Assembly: GCA_035569955.1 (NCBI GenBank)
Contig: DATMLZ010000006.1
Span: 1 to 60,243, forward strand
DNA length: 60,243 nt
From: Candidatus Acidiferrum sp.
Lineage (GTDB): Bacteria; Acidobacteriota; Terriglobia; Acidiferrales; UBA7541
Direction: 5' to 3'
In this document: piece after piece, positions 55,757 through 60,243 of the stretch
Layout of the letters: every line of letters starts with the position of its first letter
Position numbering within the stretch: the stretch's first letter is position 1
Notes under the pieces: generated by a model
What the model was told of the DNA's origin: nothing
Database searches by the model: none
The model's input: the letters and a program-made list of their open reading frames with translations, nothing else
Made by a program: the position numbers and the translations under genes

Positions 55757-55860
55757 GATACACCCCGGCCTCGAAGGCCAGAATACGCCACGGGTAATAG
55801 GAATGACGACCGGAAAGGCCGCCGGAATGGCGCGTCATGGAGTGTGCAGGCAGGAGGAAG

Positions 55861-56139
55861 CTAGTTCGCTGCGGCAGCCTGCTCGGGAAGCGGGAGCACG
55901 TTGATCACGCGGCCGTGCTTGCCACGATCGGCAAATTGCACGATGCCGTCGATGCGCGCAAAAAGCGAATCGTCCTTGGCGCGCCCGACGTTCTTGCCGG
56001 CTTTGTAGCGCGTGCCGCGCTGCCGGATGAGAATGCTGCCGCAGGTGACCACTTGTCCGCCGAAGCGCTTGATGCCCAGCCGCTGTCCGTGCGAGTCGCG
56101 CCCGTTTACCGATGACCCGCCGCCCTTCTTATGTGCCAT
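55861..56139 (-). CDS. rpmA: 50S ribosomal protein L27
   Basis: [34 protein letters not shown]. Confidence 0.97.
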   Translation of the reverse strand: MAHKKGGGSSVNGRDSHGQRLGIKRFGGQVVTCGSILIRQRGTRYKAGKNVGRAKDDSLFARIDGIVQFADRGKHGRVINVLPLPEQAAAAN

Positions 56140-56196
56140 GACAAAAACTCCCCAAAGATTTTTTAAGTTGCAGGCCGCGCGATTGGCGCAGCTGAA

Positions 56197-56511
56197 TCAG
56201 GAAAGGGCGATGTCGCCGATTTCCACGGTGGTGTAATTCTGGCGGTGACCGGTCTGAATCTTGTATTGGCGTGTCTTTTTGAACTTGAGGACCTTGAGTT
56301 TGGGTCCCCGCGTGTGACCGACAATCTTGCCCGTCACGGTGGCCTTGGCCACGTTTGCGCCGGCGACGACTTTCTTTTCGTCTGTCCGGACCGCGATGAC
56401 GTTGTCAAAAGTGACTTTGCCGCCGACCTCGCCCTTCAGGCGCTCAACGCGGATCTTTTCGCCCGGCACGGCGCGGTATTGCTTGCCCCCACTACGAATT
56501 ACGGCGTACAT
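56197..56511 (-). CDS. rplU: 50S ribosomal protein L21
   Basis: MYAVIRSGGKQYRV-type start and ...HTRGPKLKVLKFKKTRQY.... Confidence 0.97.
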   Translation of the reverse strand: MYAVIRSGGKQYRAVPGEKIRVERLKGEVGGKVTFDNVIAVRTDEKKVVAGANVAKATVTGKIVGHTRGPKLKVLKFKKTRQYKIQTGHRQNYTTVEIGDIALS

Positions 56512-56558
56512 GCTGCCTCCGAAACCCAGTGAAAAATATCGCTAATTGGCAAACCCCA

Positions 56559-56587
56559 ATTGTAGCGGGTGATCGGCGGGGGGTCAA
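56559..56587 (-). promoter_or_regulatory. candidate sigma70 promoter of rplU-rpmA (TTGACC-N17-TACAAT)
   Basis: Minus strand reads TTGACC ccccgccgatcacccgc TACAAT. The -10 hexamer ends 47 nt upstream of the rplU ATG, which is preceded by GGAGG. Confidence 0.5.
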
Positions 56588-56647
56588 CGGACAGTTGCGG
56601 AGAATCGGCGGTAAGGGGCTCGCTGGGCGCCCTCAGCGGGGGGCGTT

Positions 56648-56675
56648 TTGACTTGTGGGCCGGAAGGCGTAGAAT
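56648..56675 (+). promoter_or_regulatory. candidate sigma70 promoter (TTGACT-N16-TAGAAT), divergent from rplU
   Basis: Hexamers read directly from the sequence. The first in-frame GTG codons of the downstream ORF are at 56683 and 56692, so the transcript would be leaderless or nearly so. Confidence 0.4.
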
Positions 56676-56682
56676 CAGATTG

Positions 56683-57060
56683 GTGGCATCAGTGAAATCA
56701 AGGCACGATCTGCAGACGGTTCGTTGGGATGGAGTCGGAGTTAAGACCATTCGATCCCGTGCACTCATCCTTTTGATTTTGGCCGCGCTTGTGGGACTGT
56801 CTGTGTCGGTGCGCGCCCAGCAGGTCCATTGCGCCCTGCACGGGACAAGCGAACTGACGATGGGCACGAAAGCCAACGTGCGCGCACAGGCGGACGTGGA
56901 TGTCCGCCCCGCTTTGCAATTCGCCAGCTACGTCGTCGCACTGCCCAGAGTCACCGAACGCATTTATCCGATCCCGCAGGTTGAACCGGCGTCGAGCGAT
57001 AACGCGCCGTGGTATTCTGTCACCGTTAAGCACCGCCCTCCCCCGCAGTCCCTCGCTTAA
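56683..57060 (+). CDS. hypothetical small exported protein
   Basis: Part of ORF 56569..57060. Signal-peptide-like IRSRALILLILAALVGLSVSVRAQQ. The start is uncertain (GTG 56683 or 56692). No homology recognised. Confidence 0.35.
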   Translation: MASVKSRHDLQTVRWDGVGVKTIRSRALILLILAALVGLSVSVRAQQVHCALHGTSELTMGTKANVRAQADVDVRPALQFASYVVALPRVTERIYPIPQVEPASSDNAPWYSVTVKHRPPPQSLA

Positions 57061-57130
57061 ACAATCGCCTGATTTTCCGTTGATTCGCTTGGTTTAGCGA
57101 TACTCCATCTTTTTTTCGTCAGGTCGGACC

Positions 57131-57835
57131 ATGAATACGAAACCGCTGGAACCCTGGCAGCTCGAACAGCTGCGCAGTATCGGCACTTGCGTCGTGGCCA
57201 GCACGATCGAATTTTTCGGCGTGCGTCTTCAGAACACTGGATTCACCAAGTCCAACATCCGGTGCATGTTTCCGGAGCGGCCGTCGATCGCCGGCTACGC
57301 GGCCACGGCGCGAATTCGCAGCGCCGACCCGCCCATAGAAGGCCGGAACTACTACCGGCGTACGGACTGGTGGAACCACATCCTCACGATCCCGGAGCCG
57401 CGCGTGGTTGTGATTGAAGATGTGGACGACCCGCCGGGCCTCGGCGCGTTCGTCGGAGAAGTGAATGCGCACATTCTGATGGCGCTCGGCTCGACCGCGC
57501 TGATCACGAACGGGGCCGTGCGCGATCTGCGCCAGGTGCAGGCGACCGGCTTTCAGATGTTCGCCGGAAATGTCTCGGCATCGCATGCGTATGCGCACGT
57601 TTTCGATTTCGGCGGCGAAGTCGAACTCGGCGGGACAAAAATCACGCCGGGGAGCCTCTTGCACGGCGACCTTCACGGAGTAGTTACGGTTCCGTTGGAA
57701 ATCGCGTCCAAAATTCCGGCAGCGGCCCACGAAATCATAAAACGACGGCAGCATCTGATCGGTCTTTGCCGATCCCCGGAGTTTTCGATCGAACAGTTGC
57801 GGCGCGCTATTGACGAAACGGCGATCAAGGCGTAA
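57131..57835 (+). CDS. RraA-family protein (RraA / 4-hydroxy-4-methyl-2-oxoglutarate aldolase-like fold)
   Basis: ...VVVIEDVDDPPGLGAFVGEVNAHILMALGSTALITNGAVRDL...LLHGDLHGVVTVP, typical of the RraA-like family. Confidence 0.7.
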   Translation: MNTKPLEPWQLEQLRSIGTCVVASTIEFFGVRLQNTGFTKSNIRCMFPERPSIAGYAATARIRSADPPIEGRNYYRRTDWWNHILTIPEPRVVVIEDVDDPPGLGAFVGEVNAHILMALGSTALITNGAVRDLRQVQATGFQMFAGNVSASHAYAHVFDFGGEVELGGTKITPGSLLHGDLHGVVTVPLEIASKIPAAAHEIIKRRQHLIGLCRSPEFSIEQLRRAIDETAIKA

Positions 57836-57906
57836 AGCGCAGAGTTATCGATATCGGTCCATCTGGATTTGGGAATGATCGAGCGAAATTGAAAGTGAGA
57901 GTTTCG

Positions 57907-59154
57907 ATGAGAGCAGCCAAAAAGAGGTATCGAAATCGAAGTTTTGGACACGCGGGAATTGCCGCGACATCCATGTTGCTTGGCGCAGTTTGCTTCGGCT
58001 GCGGTGGCAGCAACCAAGCCAACGCAAGCAACTCGGCAAACGCGCCGCATGTGGCCGTAGTCCAAGCGAAGAAGCAGGACATATCGAGCACGCTCGAGAT
58101 CGCGTCCGAGTTTCAGCCCTATCAGGAGATCAGTGTGTACGCCAAGGTTTCCGGCTACGTGAAAAAACTCAACGTGGACTGGGGCACACACGTGAAGCAG
58201 GGTCAATTGCTCGCGGTACTCGAAGTACCCGAATTGCAGCAGCAGCTCGAGGTTGACCAGGCGACCGTGCAGCGGAGCGAGCAGGACGTCGCCCGGGCGC
58301 ACGAAGAATTGAACAGCTCGGAATCGGCATACAACGTGGCGCATTTGACATTCACACGGCTTGCGAACGTGCAGAAGACACAACCAAATCTTGTGGCGCA
58401 AGAAGAAGTGGACCAGGCCCAGGGAAAGGACATGCAGACCAGCGCGGGCGTTTCTGCGGCCCGGGATTCACTCGCTGCGTCCGAACAGGCGCTTGCGGCC
58501 GCCAAGGCTTCGCTCGAAAAGGACAAGTCGATGTTTGACTATTCGCAGATCGTTTCGCCGTTCGATGGCGTTGTGACCGAAATCGACGCTTACACAGGAG
58601 CTCTGCTCCCTGCGGGCACTTCGTCGAACAAGGGCGACTCTCCCCTGTGTCATCTGGCGCAGAACGACATGCTGCGCCTGGTGATTCCCGTTCCCGAGCG
58701 GGCCGTATCGGGAGTTCTTTTGGGCCGACCCGTTTCGGTGCGTGTGACGACGATCAACAAAACATTTCAGGGAAAGATCGCGCGCATTTCCGACCAGATT
58801 GATACCGACACGCGGACCATGCACACCGAAGTGAATGTGCCGAATCCGGACTATGTGCTGGTGCCGGGAATGTACGCGACCGTCGAAATACCGCTCGAAA
58901 CAGCCCGAGGTGTGCTCGCGGTGCCTTTGCAAACCGTGCAGGCGTCTGGTGAAGGGCACGGATCGGTGCTGGTGGTAGGCAGCGACAACAAGATCGAGAA
59001 GCGCGATGTCACCACAGGTCTTGAAAGCGCAACCAGCGTCGAGATTTTATCCGGAGTGAACGAGAACGAGTACGTCGTCATGGGAGAACAGTCTTCATAC
59101 AAAGCGGGAGAGCTGGTCACACCGCAAGTCACCAAGCCCGCGACCATCGAGTAG
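57907..59154 (+). CDS. efflux RND transporter periplasmic adaptor subunit (HlyD/MFP family), probable lipoprotein
   Basis: LLGAVCFGCGG lipobox-like, a coiled-coil hairpin (LEVPELQQQLEVDQATVQRSEQDV...) and beta-barrel/MP domains. The ORF track starts at TTG 57889; ATG 57907 is the alternative used here. Confidence 0.85.
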   Translation: MRAAKKRYRNRSFGHAGIAATSMLLGAVCFGCGGSNQANASNSANAPHVAVVQAKKQDISSTLEIASEFQPYQEISVYAKVSGYVKKLNVDWGTHVKQGQLLAVLEVPELQQQLEVDQATVQRSEQDVARAHEELNSSESAYNVAHLTFTRLANVQKTQPNLVAQEEVDQAQGKDMQTSAGVSAARDSLAASEQALAAAKASLEKDKSMFDYSQIVSPFDGVVTEIDAYTGALLPAGTSSNKGDSPLCHLAQNDMLRLVIPVPERAVSGVLLGRPVSVRVTTINKTFQGKIARISDQIDTDTRTMHTEVNVPNPDYVLVPGMYATVEIPLETARGVLAVPLQTVQASGEGHGSVLVVGSDNKIEKRDVTTGLESATSVEILSGVNENEYVVMGEQSSYKAGELVTPQVTKPATIE

Positions 59155-59162
59155 GAGTTTAT

Positions 59163-60243
59163 ATGTCGTCATTTTCTTTGAAGCACCCTTATTTCATTTT
59201 GGTCGTTTGCCTGTTCGTGTGCGTGCTCGGACTTACGGCCGTGGTGAGCATGCCGGTCGATATGTTTCCGCCGATCAATATCCCGGTGGTGGAAGTCGCA
59301 ACGTTTTACAGCGGCATGCCTCCGCAGCAGATCGAAGCCGATATTACCGATACATTTGAACGGTTTTTTACACTCGGTAGCGGCATCGATCATATGGAGT
59401 CAAGGTCGATGTCCGGCGTCAGCCTGATCAAAATCTATTTCCAGCCGGGAACCGACGCGAACGCCGACGTGACCCAGATTTCGAATCTGGCGATGGCCGA
59501 CCTGCGCCGTTTGCCACAAGGAACACTTCCGCCGGTGGTGATGAGCATGGACGCGTCGAATCTTCCCGTTTGTCTGCTGACGGTGGACGGGGAAGGGCTC
59601 ACCGAGACGCAGCTCCACGATTACCTGCAGTACCAGATTCGAAATCAGATCGCGGGCGTGCCCGGCGCGACGGTGCCTCCGCCCTACGGCGGGCGCACGC
59701 GCCAGATCATGGTCTACGTCGACCCGCTGAAATTGCAGGCGCACGGAATGAGTCCGATGGACGTGGCGCGGGCTACCGATGATTCGAACCTGATCGTTCC
59801 GGCCGGCGATGTTCGCATCGGTCCGACCGATTACAACCTGTATACAAACGCGCAAGTGGCCGACGCGAAGGCGCTCAACGATGTGCCGCTCAAGACCGAA
59901 GGCGACAAGTCGGTCTTCGTTTCCGACGTCGGAAAAGCCGTGGATGGCTCGGCTTTGCAGTACAACATCGTGCGCGTGAACGGGCAGCGCTCGGTGTACG
60001 TGCCGATTCTCAAGCAGGGCGGCAATACCAACACGATTGCGGTCGTAAACGGAATCCAAAACGCGATCCCGACTTTGCGCGATATCCCTGCGCAGCTCAA
60101 AACACACGTCGTCTTCGATCAGTCTCTGTTTGTGAAGCAGGCTATTTCGACGGTCGTGAAGGAAGGCACGATCGGCCTGATTCTTACCGCGATTTTGATT
60201 CTCGTGTTTCTTGGCAGCCCGCGCGCGACAGCCGCCGTTTTTC
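59163..60243 (+). CDS. RND efflux pump inner-membrane permease (AcrB/CzcA superfamily), 5' part only
   Basis: Not in the ORF track because there is no stop in the window. Read by eye from ATG 59163: MSSFSLKHPYFILVVCLFVCVLGLTAVVSMPVDMFPPINIPVVEVATFYSGMPPQQIE.... Open to the window end. Confidence 0.9.
   Translation, partial: MSSFSLKHPYFILVVCLFVCVLGLTAVVSMPVDMFPPINIPVVEVATFYSGMPPQQIEADITDTFERFFTLGSGIDHMESRSMSGVSLIKIYFQPGTDANADVTQISNLAMADLRRLPQGTLPPVVMSMDASNLPVCLLTVDGEGLTETQLHDYLQYQIRNQIAGVPGATVPPPYGGRTRQIMVYVDPLKLQAHGMSPMDVARATDDSNLIVPAGDVRIGPTDYNLYTNAQVADAKALNDVPLKTEGDKSVFVSDVGKAVDGSALQYNIVRVNGQRSVYVPILKQGGNTNTIAVVNGIQNAIPTLRDIPAQLKTHVVFDQSLFVKQAISTVVKEGTIGLILTAILILVFLGSPRATAAVF

Overview
High-GC (about 60-63% in hand-counted samples) bacterial chromosomal segment. 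The gene content suggests an Acidobacteriota-like organism, but that is inference only. Most of the window is tightly packed housekeeping DNA. It holds a partial htrA-type protease, coaE-folD, an MbfA-type iron exporter, and a glmU-purQ-purL-purF-lepB-lepB-purM block with overlapping stop/start codons. It also holds purN-tyrS, two tandem diheme cytochrome c paralogs, a PAS-PP2C phosphatase, a P450, hbd and thiolase, ppk1, folC-accD-cobO, and rplU-rpmA followed by an obg-nadD-rsfS-(sigma54 activator)-rlmH block. The window ends in an RND efflux pair (the pump gene is partial). The non-ordinary part is about 27.8-34.7 kb, a compositionally mosaic accessory segment. It contains a low-GC three-gene operon of unknown function, a PQQ dehydrogenase, and a low-GC pair (ComJ-like protein plus barrel-less POTRA protein). 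These units are separated by four same-orientation copies of a hairpin-type repeat with a nearly invariant 15-nt core, GTCAATTKKCYGCAG. Just downstream lies a Tat-exported TIM-barrel enzyme plus a PQQ dehydrogenase with a cytochrome c domain inserted inside the propeller. I recognised no rRNA, tRNA, CRISPR array, transposase or integrase. All family assignments come from reading motifs in the translations. No database search was possible.
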